A stretch of 64,000 nucleotides of DNA from Mustelus asterias (lineage: Eukaryota): contig NC_135801.1 in the NCBI RefSeq assembly GCF_964213995.1, positions 134,168,001 through 134,232,000 on the forward strand, given 5' to 3'. Positions within the stretch are counted from its first letter, which is position 1. Every line of letters starts with the position of its first letter. Below the pieces are notes generated by a model, which did no database searches, was not told the DNA's origin, and was given only the letters and a program-made list of their open reading frames with translations. Below, one piece after another: positions 13,515 through 26,440 of the stretch. The position numbers and the translations under genes are program-made.

Positions 13515-15180
13515 TTTGATTTTATTTGATTTGATTTATTATCGTCACATGTATTAGTATACAGTGAAAAGTATTGTTTCTTGCGCGCTATACAAAGCAT
13601 ATTGCACATAGAGATAGAATGCAGAATGTAGTGTTACGGTCCATAGCTAAGGTGTAGAGAAAGATCAACTTAATTCGAGGTAGGTCCATTCAAAAGTCTG
13701 ATGGCAGCAGGGAAGAAGCTGTTCTTGAGTTGATTGGTACGTGACCTCAGACTTTTGTATCTTTTTCCCGACAGGAGGAGGTGGAAGAGAGAATGTCCAG
13801 GGTGCGTGGCATCCTTAATTATGCTGGCTGCTTTGCTGAGGCAGCAGGAGTGTAGACAGAGTCAATGGATGGGAGACTGGTTTGCGTGATGGATTGGGCT
13901 ACATTCATGACCTTTTGTAGTTTCTTACGGTCTTGGGCAGAGCAAGAGCCATACCACGCTGTGATACAACCAGAAAGAATGCTTTCTATGGTGCATCTGT
14001 CGAACATAGAACATAGAAAGCCACAGCACAAACAGGCCCTTCGGCCCACAAGTTGCGCCGATCACATCCCCACCTCTAGGCCTATCTATAGCCCTCAATC
14101 CCATTAAATCCCATGTACTCATCCAGAAGTCTCTTAAAAGACCCCAACGAGTTTGCCTCCACCACCACCGACGTCAGCCGATTCCACTCACCCACCACCC
14201 TCTGAGTGAAAAACTTACCCCTGACATCTCCTCTGTACCTACCCCCCAGCACCTTAAACCTGTGTCCTCTCGTAGCAACCATTTCAGCCCTTGGAAATAG
14301 CCTCTGAGAGTCTACCCTATCCAGACCTCTCAACATCTTGTAAACCTCTATCAGGTCACCTCTCATCCTTCGTCTCTCCAGGGAGAAGAGACCAAGCTCC
14401 CTCAACCTATCCTCATAAGGCATGCCCCCCAATCCAGGCAACATCCTTGTAAATCTCCTCTGCACCCTTTCAATGGCTTCAACATCTTTCCTGTAATGAG
14501 GTGACCAGAACTGCGCGCAGTACTCCAAGTGGGGTCTAACCAGGGTCCTATAAAGCTGCAGCATTATCTCCCGACTCCTAAACTCAATCCCTCGATTAAT
14601 GAAGGCCAGTACGCCGTACGCCTTCTTGACCGCATCCTCCACCTGCGAGGCCGATTTAAGAGTCCTATGGACCCGGACCCCAAGGTCCTTCTGATCCTCT
14701 ACACTGCTAAGAATGGTACCCTTCATATTATACTGCTGCTTCATCCCATTGGATCTGCCAAAATGGATCACCACACACTTATCCGGGTTGAAGTCCATCT
14801 GCCACTTCTCCGCCCAGTCTTGCATTCTATCTATGTCTCGCTGCAACTTCTGACATCCCTCCAAACTATCCACAACACCACCTACCTTGGTGTCGTCAGC
14901 AAACTTACCAACCCATCCCTCCACTTCCTCATCCAGGTCATTTATGAAAATGACAAACAGCAAGAAGTTGGTGAGAGTCGTAGCAGACATACCAAATTTC
15001 CTTAGTCTTCTGGGAAAGTAGATGCTTTGGTCCCTCCATGCCGACACTTAACCATAGTGCCGGCATAGAGGGACCAGGACAAGTAGTTGGTGATCTGGAC
15101 ACCTAAAAACTTGAAACTCTCGACCATTTCTACTTCGCCCCCATTGACGTAGACAGGGGCATGTTCTCCACTACGCCCTC
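13515..15180 (-). mobile_element. Rex1/Babar-like LINE fragment interrupted by CR1 (pieces 13515-14000 and ~14963-15180)
   Basis: EVEMVESFKFLGVQIT, RRLRKFGMSATTLTNF | RCTIESILSGCITAWYG; the sequence is contiguous once the CR1 is removed. Confidence 0.85.
14002..14964 (-). mobile_element. Young CR1 LINE 3' fragment
   Basis: Open frame with KFADDTK and LVRPHLEYC; (CTATGTT)n tail; near-identical to 42204-43167. Confidence 0.95.
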
Positions 15181-16740
15181 CAATTCGCTGGGACTGTTCC
15201 AAAATCTGCAAAATTTTGGAAGATGATAACCAACGCACCCACCATTTCCATGGCCATTTCCTTTAATAGCCTGGGATGTAGATTATCTGGCCCGAGGAAT
15301 TTACCAACTTTCAGTCCTATTAATTTCTCCGGTGCCATTTTTTAGTAAAACTGATTCTCTTCAATTTCTCCTTTTCCTTTCCCGGACATGGTTCCTTAGC
15401 ATTTCTGAGAAGCTTTTTGTGTCTGCCTCTGTGAAGACAGAAAGCAGTTGTTTAACTGCTTTGCCATCTTCTTGTTATCTGTTATAAATTATCTTTTTTC
15501 AGACTGTAAGGCATTTGTCTTCACTCATCTTTTGTTTTTGGGAAAGGGCCAAAACTATCTTAAAAACTACAATAAAAATTAGTATCAAAGTTCAAGTAGT
15601 AGTGTAAAACCAGGTAAGTAGTGTAAAGCATAATAAGGCTAAAAAGCTTCTGAATTTTTAATAGTACTGGCTATGAAGTTTCCCTCAGTTAAGCAAAGGA
15701 GTCCCCAGAGTGATCCTGTCCTAAGCATACAGAAAAATGGAGCCAAGATACATTTAAATACACTGCAATATTTAAATGAAGCTTAAATGAAAGCCATGAG
15801 TCATATTTGGCAAGGCAAGTTCGGGCTGGTGTAAAAGGTCTGTTGGAAATCTCATTCAGTGCCAAAGTGGACCAAATCCAGCTATGTGAATCTGAGCAAG
15901 ATTCTTCAGCTCACTAGCACCTGCTCTGTTGCCACAGAGTGCAGCAATTCAAAAACCTTCACTCAAGAATTGGCAGTGGAGAAAATTGCGGAGAAAAAAA
16001 TAAGTGAAATAAAATACAAGGTGCCAGTGTCATCCATCTCCTTCTGGGCCACATTTGTAAGAAAAGCCTGGAGGATTCACATTATTTGTCAAGGTTCATC
16101 CCAGGTAACTCCATACACAATTTTGTGCTCTGCAGTCTTCACTGGAACAAAAATCAACTGTTGCTGGAAGGCTATCAACTGGGTTTGTTCACTTATTGGT
16201 TTTGCAGGACAAGGAGATGTGTGAGAGCAAGGGCTGGACTTCTAGTTCCCAATGGGACCAATCATGGAGGTGGGCAAGTGTGGCGGGGATCTAATTAAAT
16301 CTACTGAAAGGCTTATTAAAGCTATTGTCAGAGTCAGTCTCATAACACACAGACATAGTTGCCTGAAGATGGTCTCACAGTGGCAGACAGGGTCCAGCAT
16401 TCTACACAGGTTGAAGCCCTCCCTGCCAATCTGCTTCAACTGCATCCACATGCCATCCTGTCGGGAGGTTCCCCCTCCAAAATGCTGGCCCGTCTCTTCG
16501 TCTATTCTTTGCTGTTTTAGAGAAAGCATCTGAAAATGGCAGCATCCTTTCTCTTATTTATTTGAAAGGGCAGTGTGCCCTTCTTCAGTGCTGGCATACC
16601 TCCTTTTGGCCCTCCAGTTTCAAAAGCTTGACTGCTGTCCTCTTTTAGATGTAAGCCCACCCTTCTGCCCCTAATTAGTCAATTTTGAGAAAATAACAGC
16701 CAAGTGACTTCCCCAAAGGGACGGACTTCTGATCCCCATT

Positions 16741-19420
16741 TAGAACCATAGAACATTACAGCACAGAAACAGGCCTTTTGGCCCTTCTTGCCTGTGCCGA
16801 ACCATTTTTGTGCCAAGTCCCACTGACCTGCACCTGGACCATATCCCTCCACACCCCTTTCATCCATGTACCTGTCCAAGTTTTTCTTAAATATTAAAAG
16901 TGAGCCCGCATTCACCACCTCATCTGGCAGCTCATTCCAAACTCCCACCACTCTCTGTGTGAAGAAGCCCCCCCGCTAATATTCCCTTTAAACTTTTCCC
17001 CCCTCACCCTTAACCCATGTCCTCTAGTTATTTTCTCCCCTAACCTCAGTGGAAAAAGCCTGCTTGCATTCACTCTATCATAATTTTATACACCTCTATC
17101 AAATCTCCCCTCATTCTTCTATGCTCCAGGAAATAAAGTCCTAACCTATTCAACCTTTCTCTGTAACTCAGTTTCTCAAGTCCCGGCAACATCCTTGTAA
17201 ACCTTCTCTGCACTCTTTCAACCGTATCAATATCCTTCCTGTAATTAGGTGACCAAAACTGCACACAATACTCTAAATTCGGCCTCACCAATGTCTTGTA
17301 CAACCTCACCATAACATTTCAACTCCTATACTCAATACTTTGATTTATAAAGGCCAATGTACCAAAAGCACTCTTTACGACCCTATCTACCTGTAACGCC
17401 ACTTTTAGGGAATTATGTATCTGTATTCCCAGATCCCTCTGTCATACTGCACTCTTCAGTGTCCTACCATTTACCTTGTATGTTCTACCTTGGTTTGTCC
17501 TTCCAAAGTGCAATACCTCACACTTGTCTGCGTTAAATTCCATTTGCCATTTTTCAGCCCATTTTTCTAGCTGGTCCAAATCCCTCTGCAAGCTTTGAAA
17601 ACCTTCCTCACTGTCCACTACACCTCCAATCTCTGTATCATCAGCAAACTTGCTGATCCAATTTACCACATTATCATCCAGATTATTGATATAGATGACA
17701 AACAACAATGGACCCAGCACTGATCCCTGTGGCACACCACTAGTCACAGGCCTCCACTCAGAGAAGCAATCCTCCACTACCACTCTCTGGCTTCTTCCAT
17801 TGAGCCACTGTCTAATCCAATTTACTACCTCTCCACGTATACCTAGCGACTGAACCTTCCTGACTAACCTCCCATGCGGGACCTTGTCAAAGGCCCTACT
17901 GAAGTCCATGTAGACAACATCCACTGCCTTCCCTTCATCCAGTTTCCTGGTAACTTCCTTGAAAAACTCTAATAGATTGGTTAAACATGACCTACCACGC
18001 ACAAAGCCATGTTGACTCTCCCTAATATGTCCCTGTCTATCCAAATATTTGTAGATCCTATCTCTTAATGCTCCTTCCAATGATTTACCTACTACTGACG
18101 TCAAACTTACCGGCCTATAATTTCCCGCATTACTTTTTGAGCCTTTTTTAAACAACGGAACAACATGAGCTATCCTCCCGTGGATACCGACACTTTAAAT
18201 ATATCTGCCAGGGCCCCTGCAATTTCAACACTAGTCTCCTTCAAGGTCCGAGGGAATACCCTGTCCGGTCCTGGGGATTTATCTACTCTGATTTGCCTCA
18301 AGACAGCAAACACCTCCTCCCCATTAATCTGTATAGGTTCCATGACCTCCCTACTTGTTTGCCTTATTTCCATAGACTCCATGCCAGTTTCCTTCGTAAA
18401 TACGGATGCAAAAAACCCATTTAATATCTCCCCCATTTCTTTTGGTTCCATACATAGCCGACCACTCTGATCTTCAAGAGGACCAATTTTATCCCTTACT
18501 ATCCTTTTTCTCTTAATATACCTGTAGAAGCTGTTAGGATTATCCTTCACCTTGTCTGCCAAAGCAACCTCATGTCTTCTTTTAGCCCTCCTGATTTCTT
18601 TCTTAAGTAGTTTCTTGCACTTTTTATACTCTTCAAGCATTTTATTTGCTCCCTGTTGCCTATACATGTCATACATCTCTCTCTTCTTCTTTATCAGAGT
18701 TCCAATATCCCTCAAGAACCAAGGTTCCTTATTCACTTTGCCTTTAATCCTGACAGGAACATACAAACTCTGCACTCTCAAAATTTCTCCTTTGAAGGCC
18801 CACTTACCATTCACATCCTTGCCACCATTCACATCCTTGCCAGAGAACAGCCTGTCCCAATCCACGCTTTTTAGATCCTTTCTCATTTCTTCAAATTTGG
18901 CCTTTTTCCAGTTTAGAACCTCAACCTAAGGACCAGATCTATCTTTATCCATGATCAAGTTGAAACTAATGGCGTTATGATCACTGGAACCAAAGTGTTC
19001 CCCTTCACACACTTCCGTCACTTGTCCTAACTCGTTTCCTAATAGGAGATCTAATATTGCATCCTGTCGAGTTGGTACCTCTATATATTGATTTAGAAAA
19101 TTTTCCTGAACACATTTTACAAACTCTAACCCGTCTAGACCTTTAACAGTATGGGAGTCCCTATCTATATGTGGAAAATTAAAATCCCCCACTATCACAA
19201 CTTTATGTTTCCTGCAGTTGTCTGCTATCTCTCTGCAGATTTGCTCCTCCAATTCTCGCTGACTATTGGGTGGTCTATAATACAACCCCATTAACGTGGT
19301 CATACCTTTCCTGTTTCTCAGCTCCACTCATATGGCCTCGGTAGACAAGCCCTCTAATCTGTCCTGCCTGAGCACTGCTGTAACATTTTCCCTGACTAGC
19401 AATGCCAACCCCCCCACCCT
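16741..19420 (-). mobile_element. CR1 LINE ORF2 (endonuclease + RT), disrupted, with internal deletion near 18165
   Basis: ORFs 18926-19327 (YRPPN, GDFN, SDH), 18170-18886, 17442-18155 (QHGF, PQGSVLGP, FADD) and 17070-17312. Confidence 0.95.
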
Positions 19421-21549
19421 TCATGACCCTGGCATGGGATCCTGACCTAAGTAGAAAAGTTCCTGCCCGTTTATTGCAGTCTGTGTTATTTCATGGAAAC
19501 CTGCTAAATGATGCAGTGATGTTCAGTGCAAAATGGGGAACACTACAATCTAAAACTCTCTTGCCATTATATTTGTGTACTGAGAGCCTGAATCCAATGT
19601 AACATCCTCTCAGTTTTAATGTTAATAAAACTGAATGTTGAAGGTTACCAGAAACCTCTGGAAACTGCATACCTCCAATGCACATATGGCACCTTCCAAA
19701 CACTTTAGCTAAAAATCATGTAACTCAATACATTCTTTCAAGTGGACAGAAACAAATTTGTCAACACGGTACCTCAATATAAATGTAGCATGCTTTGAAG
19801 TGTCATGTTTGAATACAATATTAACACCAACACTTCTTGGAATGATGTACTGTACCACAACATGTCTTTGAACTGAGATTACAAACTTAAAATACACAAA
19901 ACATTCTTGGACTGCGCTCGTAAATATTTTGTTTTGTTTACAAATTAAGTTCATAATTTTTTTCTGTAGAATGATAGATTAGTATGCATTTCTGGATGGG
20001 AGTAAGAATGAGATACGGTATTTTACCAAAGCATTTAATCCGGTGTGTTTTACATTAGAAAAAGTTAATTGTAGCATAATGCATCGAAGGCAAAACCATT
20101 TTAAAAAATTGCACAGGCCACAATTTATATTTCAACACGTTGCTAAATAAAGTGACGCAAGAGTAAACTAACTAAGGACGTTTATGATAGTCATACTTTA
20201 AAATGGTACCCAAAAGTTTTGACCTTAAAGGAGGGTTTGAATTAATTCCTGAGATGATCTCAATAGACCATACTTTAAACAATGTTAAAGTAGATACTTG
20301 TATGCTATCAGTTAAGGAAGTTACTCAATTAGTTGTTGTTGCAGCATGTTGGTTAATCCAAATGTGGTTTCCCAGAACAATTAGAGTGGGAAGTTCACAT
20401 AAATAAAAGTCCCACAGAATTCTGGTGTATTTTTTTCAATTTAAACTAAGGACCTGTCAAATAAAGCAGTTTCATGCCAAAATCCTGATTTCACAGACTC
20501 CTTTGCAGAATTGATACAGGGAACGAGGTCGTGTTAGATATTCAGACAACAAGAATTTGCCAACCTAAACTTCTCCAATGAACCACGAATACCTGATTCA
20601 GTCAAATTGCTTTTTGCTATCTCAATAACAAGTCTGTGGTTTCCCAAGTGATTGGATATGCTCAGTGAAATATTTCATGACCTGCAAGTAACATGGATGA
20701 CCTCAGGTCATAAGGGGTCAAGAGCACCACCAGAATTTTTAATTTAACATTTTTCTTCTTGTCGTTTTTAAACTTGCTTACAAACAGATATGACTCAGTC
20801 AGAAGAGAAAGAATATCTGGAAGAATACCCAAATAAAACTGACATTTTATGCAAACTACGTAACACATTACCACTTAATAAACAGCTTTTGTTCGCTGAC
20901 CAGATGTCTCGGACACAAGATTGAAAGACTGAAAGAAAAGTTAAAGGCAAACCTTGTGTGGGAGAGGATTGGCTAGGAGAGTAGGTAATGGAAGATCAAA
21001 ATTGAAATATCTGAAAGATGGGTGTGATATCATTTATCTCCTTTTCCACCCATCCCCTTTCCTCCTTCCAATTCAGATTGCACAGTCAATCTTTGGCAGG
21101 TTGCTCTTTAAATATATAGATGTGCCATTCGTTCTGATCCTAATGCAACAACATTGAAAAGTTTGATACTATCCAAGGTCTCTTCCATGGTGGATGCTGA
21201 ATTTAACTATAGCAGAATCTCCAGGCAGAACAAGAAGCAAGCTGATCCCACCACTGCCACCAAATTTGCAGTATTGAAAGGAGACCAGACTGGGCCCCGA
21301 AGCATTATGTAAGTTTTTTTTTCATGCTGCCCAGAACAAATTAAAGAGAAAATCTCCTCCAAGCAAAATGCAGCGTTTCCTTTTAAATATTCTTCTTAAA
21401 AGAGTGGGGGAAATGTGACATACAAAGTGCGGATTTCTTCCACACTAATTTTCTGAGTATTAAAAATCAGTGCTTTCATTGAAACATTTTTCCCTCTTGG
21501 ATCAGTGCTCGGAACACTGATGTTCACAATTTACATAAACAGTTCAGAC

Positions 21550-21870
21550 TTGTAAATTACAAGATAGACATGGAAGTTGTTTCCTCTGGCTGGGGATTGA
21601 ACACAGTCTTAGGTTAAGGGTCCACCATTTAGGACTGAGGTGTGGGAACATGGGCTCATTTTGAGGGTGGTGAATCTTCAGAATCAAACCCCTGATGGCT
21701 ACTCTATTTTGTGTAGACTTAAGGTTGAGAGAGAGAGATTTTTGGTCTCTCATCGAATCAAAGTATACAAGGAAGCAGGCAGGAAAATTATTTTGAGGTA
21801 AAAGATCAGCCATAATCCTATTGAATGGTGGAGCAGGCTTGAGGGGCTATTCTTGCTCCTATTTCATATG
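21550..21870 (+). mobile_element. Old CR1 3' end
   Basis: Resembles the 3' end of 47373-49902 (gatcagccat...attgaatggtggagcaggcttgagggg). Confidence 0.6.
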
Positions 21871-21989
21871 GAGGTTTCAAGCAATTTCAAGATTTGCAGG
21901 TAAAATAATTCAGAGTATGGATAATAGAGAATACTGCTACAAAATACATTAATAAACTTGAAGTATGGATGTCATCATCAAATAAACGT

Positions 21990-22293
21990 GGAATCATAGA
22001 ATTCCCACAGAGCAGGAGGAGGCCATTTGGCCCATCAAGTCTGCACCAACCACAATCTCACCCAGGCCCTATCCCCGTAACCCTAACTCGTCCCCCTGAT
22101 ATTATGGGGCAATTTAGCATTGCTAATCAACCTAACCTGCACATCTTTGGACTGTGGGAGGAAACCGGAGCACCTGAAGGAAACTCACGTAGACACAGGG
22201 AGAACGTACAAACTCCAGTGACCCGAGGCCAGAATTGAACCCGGGTCCCTGGCGCTGTGAGACAGTAATGCTAACTATTGTATCACCGCGCCA
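21990..22293 (-). mobile_element. HE1-like V-SINE
   Basis: Head, V-domain and tail on the minus strand. Confidence 0.8.
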
Positions 22294-22297
22294 CCCA

Positions 22298-23180
22298 ACT
22301 TCAATAAAGATAAGTGTGAAGTGGTACATTTTGGTAGGAAGAATAAGGAGACCACATATTTCTTGGAAATTAAGCATCTTAACATGGTAGAGGAACAGAG
22401 GGATCAGAGTACAAGTACGCAAATCACTAATAGTCAATAAGACATAAAAAAGCACACTAGGGTTCATTTAAAGAGAAATATAATTGCAAAAACACAAAGG
22501 TTATGTTGAGGTTCTATAGAACCTTGGATATGGTGAGCAGGACTGGAGTCTCCATTTTATAAAAAGGATGTATAGAGGAACTGGAGGAGGTGCAATAAGA
22601 TTCACTAGAATGGCACATGAACTGAGAGGTCACATGTATCAGGAAAGGTTGAACAAGTTGCGGCTCTATTCCCAGGAAGAGAGAAGATTGAGCGGTAACA
22701 AGGGGTCGTTAAGAACATACAAATTAGGTGCAGGAGTCAGCCAAGGGGGCCTCAAGCCTGCTCTGCTATTCAATAAGATCACAGCTGATCTGATTGTGGC
22801 CTCAATCCACATTCTGCTGCCTACTCCTGATAACCTTTGACTCCCTTATTAGTCAAGATTATGAAAGGTTTGATAGAGTTGACAGAGAGAAGATACTTTC
22901 ACTTGCAATGGAGGCCAGAACAAGGGCCATTATTTTAAGATAGCTACTGATAAATCCAATAGGAAGTTCAGAAGAAACTTCACTCAGTAACTAGTTAGAA
23001 TGTTAAAATTGCAACCACAAAGTGTAGTTCTGGAAGCCAGGATAGATATACTCAAGGGAAGCCAGATAAATATTTGAGGGAGAAAAGAACAAGGGGGATA
23101 TATTGATGGGGCTAGACTAAGAAAGTAGGGAGAATGACCATGAAGAACATAAATACTGACATGGACTTGTTGGGTTTCTG
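22298..23180 (+). mobile_element. Old CR1 fragment with a nested antisense CR1 3' end (~22710-22855)
   Basis: DKCEVVHFGRKN and YQERLNKLRLYS motifs. Confidence 0.65.
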
Positions 23181-25807
23181 AATTACAAATACTATGAAAT
23201 ATTATGTGGAGTCATATATTTTTATTAATTCATGGGATGTGAACATTTCCATCGAGGCTGTTGCCCATCCTTAATTGTATTTCAGAAGTTGATGGTGAAA
23301 GACATGAAGGCTTTAGAAAGAATGAAGAAAGGATTCCAGGAATGAGGAACTCCTGTTATGTAGATAAACATGAGAAGCTGGGGCTGTCCTCCTTGGAGAA
23401 GAGAAGGTAGAAGAGGGCAGTTAAGAGTCAGCCACATTTCTATGGATCTGGAGTCACACGTAGGACAAACTGGGTGAAAATGGCAGATTTCCTTCCCTGA
23501 TGGACAGAACTTAACCAGATGGGTTTTTATAATGGTCATCATTACTGACATTAGCTTTTTAATTCGAGATCAATTAATTAATTGAACTTAAATTCTACTA
23601 GCTTTTAGTAGATTTTACTTGCATCTCCTGAGCATTCGTCCCATCCTCTGGATTACTAGTAACGTTACCTTCACTATTCCTGCATGTGGATGGTTGCTAT
23701 ACTACTGCCTGAAAGAGTGAGGTAGAGACAGGAACCCTCACATTTAAGAAGCATTTTGATAAGCACTTGAAACAACTTGGCATACAAGGCTACAGACAGG
23801 TGCTGGAAAATGGGATTAGAATAGATTGGTGCTTGATGGCTGGCACAGACATGATGGGTTGAAAGGCCTCTTTTGTGCTGTGAAACTCTATGAATCTATT
23901 ACCTAACGTCTCTACATTGTTTCAAAGAAGTTAATTAAAAGTCAAACAATGCAACACTAATTGGCCCAAATTTTCTGTTCCCCAAAGGGCCGTACGCCAG
24001 AGGTTCTCTTGGAAGTCCCCCGTCAAGCACTGCACAGGAATTGCCCCGGAAGTTCCCACTTCCATTGGGTAATTACTCTGCACATGAATGCCTCTGATAC
24101 TCCAATTTAAAGTTGGAGATTTTGGGTAGTTCCGACTCTGTTAGCAGAATAGGTACTCAAGAAACGTTACACACACTAAAACCAGTTCTAACTCCTGGGT
24201 AACTATACTACTAACCCACTGACCCCTACTGGTCTCCCTCTCTACTCCCCCAATCCCAGAATGACCTCTAACTACCCCTTGAACCCCCACTCCTCAAATA
24301 GAAATAGCACCCCCCAACCCCATCCCCGACCGTGCTCCCACCAATTAACAACCCAACACCCCCCTGACCACCCAACTAATTTCTGCAATGCTGACTAATC
24401 ACATGCCACTTGACTAGCCCCCCCCTCCGAGCCATCTCACTAACCACCCCAACCCCCTCAACTACTCCCATGATCCCCCGATCCCCTGATTAATGTGTTT
24501 TCTTGGTGAAGGATGAAGCAAGATAGCATTGTGAATAACCAGCCTGAGAGTGTGAGATTCTGAGAAGCACAAATGTCCTTTGTTGGCCAGGTGCTTTCCA
24601 GAAGTGAATTTATTTATAAAGGGAAATATCACATACGCTAGGACAGTATCGGAATGTCATCATATTAGTTACCATCAGTTGCTTGGCAAAACCTAATTTG
24701 CTCTTGGAGCAATGTTTTAACTTGTTTTGCACAATATAAGTGAAACGTGCCAATGAGCTCAACTGTTCAGAAATTTCCATCAAAACTAAGTTCCGATCTG
24801 ATTACCTGTTGAAGGGCTGGGTTAGCTTAAATACACAACTCCTGTAACATTATATTACAAATATTGGTGGCGAAATGAAATAGCTTTGACCTGAGAAACC
24901 AGCTATGGATAGTGCATCACATAGGGCTAGATTTCATTGCTGATGATCTTTTCCAGCAATTAAGGTTAGATGTATGCATATTGCTGTAACTTGTTCCTAT
25001 ACACAATAGAGGGTATCTTTTAGGAACATAGTGAACCATCATTATAATTCAGTGATCAGCATTTATTAAAACAGAATTAACACTTACAAATGCAATAAAA
25101 TTCTTCATAAAGCCTTCAGTATGTAGGGTGATATAATATTAATTGCCATATTAGCTAGAAATTATCAAGGATCCTGGTGCAATTACTGAATGTTCACAAA
25201 GTATCCATTCAATAAGAATGTGTTATCAACAGAGTTGTCAAACAGTGGAATGTGCCTCAAAGGCATTTGATTACAAGTTAAGACAGGTTATTCAAATTCT
25301 ATATAATTCATTGGCAATGCCACATTTGGAATACTGCATGCAATTTTGGACAGCCGGCATTCAAAACCATCTTTGTGCATTAGAAAGGGCCCAAAGAAGA
25401 GCAATAAGGGCAATTCAAGGGTTTGACCTCTAAGCATTGGAGAGATACTTATAGAATTAAACTTGTTTTCATTGAGAAAAAAACACTGAGATGGGACTGG
25501 TCTTTAAAACATTGAGAAGCCTAAGTAATGGAGATCTATTAACCCACACTGCATTACTCAAATTGGACTGCACAGTGTAAAATCAACACACCTCAAGCAA
25601 ACAAACTAACTGTTGAAAAGACTTTGCCAAACAAGTTGTTGCTAATTCAAATAATTGCCTGAAAAAAAACCAAGATAAATACCTGGTAAAGAGCAGAATT
25701 TTGGTAATATGGATTGAAACAGTAGAATGCTATGTTATACATAAAGTGTTGTCAGTAAAAACCAACTAGACAAGGTTAATAAGTTTGGTTGTGACTTTAG
25801 TTTAACA

Positions 25808-26440
25808 TTCTCAGCCTTTTTTTAATACTTTTCCAATTCAATCAAATCAAGTCCAATTCAGAGTCTCAACAAGTTGAGACATTTCTGATCCAGGCTGACA
25901 AGACAGGGCATGCAATCCTCTACCCTGTCTTGGGCCTGATCTACATGAGCCAAGCCGATTGGAGTAGGCAGACATCTCCGCCCCCCCCAGGCTTGATCTC
26001 ATTTGCATCTTAGCCAAAAGGCCAAGATACCGCTATTAAAAATTGCTTCATATGAAACATATGAAGCTTAAATGCAACCCAATGGCCACTACCAAGTGCA
26101 GCATCTGCAGACTACACTTGATCTTAGCCAAAAGGCCGAGAAGGTCAAGTGGAGTTTTTGATCCTGCACCTGGTCTAAGCCAATGAGGTTACACCGAGGC
26201 TTCACCTGAAGCAATTTTTTTAAAGCGATCTTGGCCTTTTGGCTAAGATGAAGCTCAGATCAAGCCTGGGATGGGGTGTAATGCCTCAGCCTGTCAGCTT
26301 GGATCTTGTTCGATCGAGCCCAGGAAAGGAACAATGGCCTTCCTTGTCAGCTTGGATCTGTTTTGTCTCTCTTGTGGGGTGTCTGATTGGGCCAAATTGG
26401 ATTTTTGATTGGGAATAAAGTACCAAAAGGTACAAAAAAA
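25808..26440 (+). mobile_element. U2/U4 snRNA-chimeric retroposed element (outer copy; split by inner copy: 25808-25820 + 26141-26440)
   Basis: TTCTCAGCCTTTT...AAGGTCAAGTGGAGT (U2 5' end), AGCCAATGAGGTTACACCGAGGC (U4 5' stem-loop), GCAATTTTTTT, TCTTGGCCTTTTGGCTAAGAT, AATTGGATTTTTGA, AATAAA and an A7 tail. TSD AG(T/C)TTAACATTCT at 25799-25811 and 26440-26452. Confidence 0.8.
25817..26143 (-). mobile_element. U2/U4 snRNA-chimeric retroposed element (inner copy)
   Basis: 26111-26143 reverse complement CTTCTCGGCCTTTTGGCTAAGATCAAGTGTAGT equals vertebrate U2 nt 5-37 as recalled. Same module order as the outer copy; ends in A7. Confidence 0.8.

Noticed and set aside
14082-15047. 321-aa ORF as a novel fusion protein
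   Set aside because: Chance in-frame junction of a Rex1-like remnant and an inserted CR1 fragment.
23960-24490. C-rich tracts (also ~38140-38345) as distinct functional elements
   Set aside because: They sit in two related copies (23.96-24.5 kb and 37.55-38.6 kb) of an old unclassified interspersed repeat; low-complexity content only.
26111-26143. Functional U2 snRNA gene
   Set aside because: Only nt 5-37 match. Stem-loops III/IV are missing, no snRNA promoter context is evident, and it lies within an A-tailed insertion.
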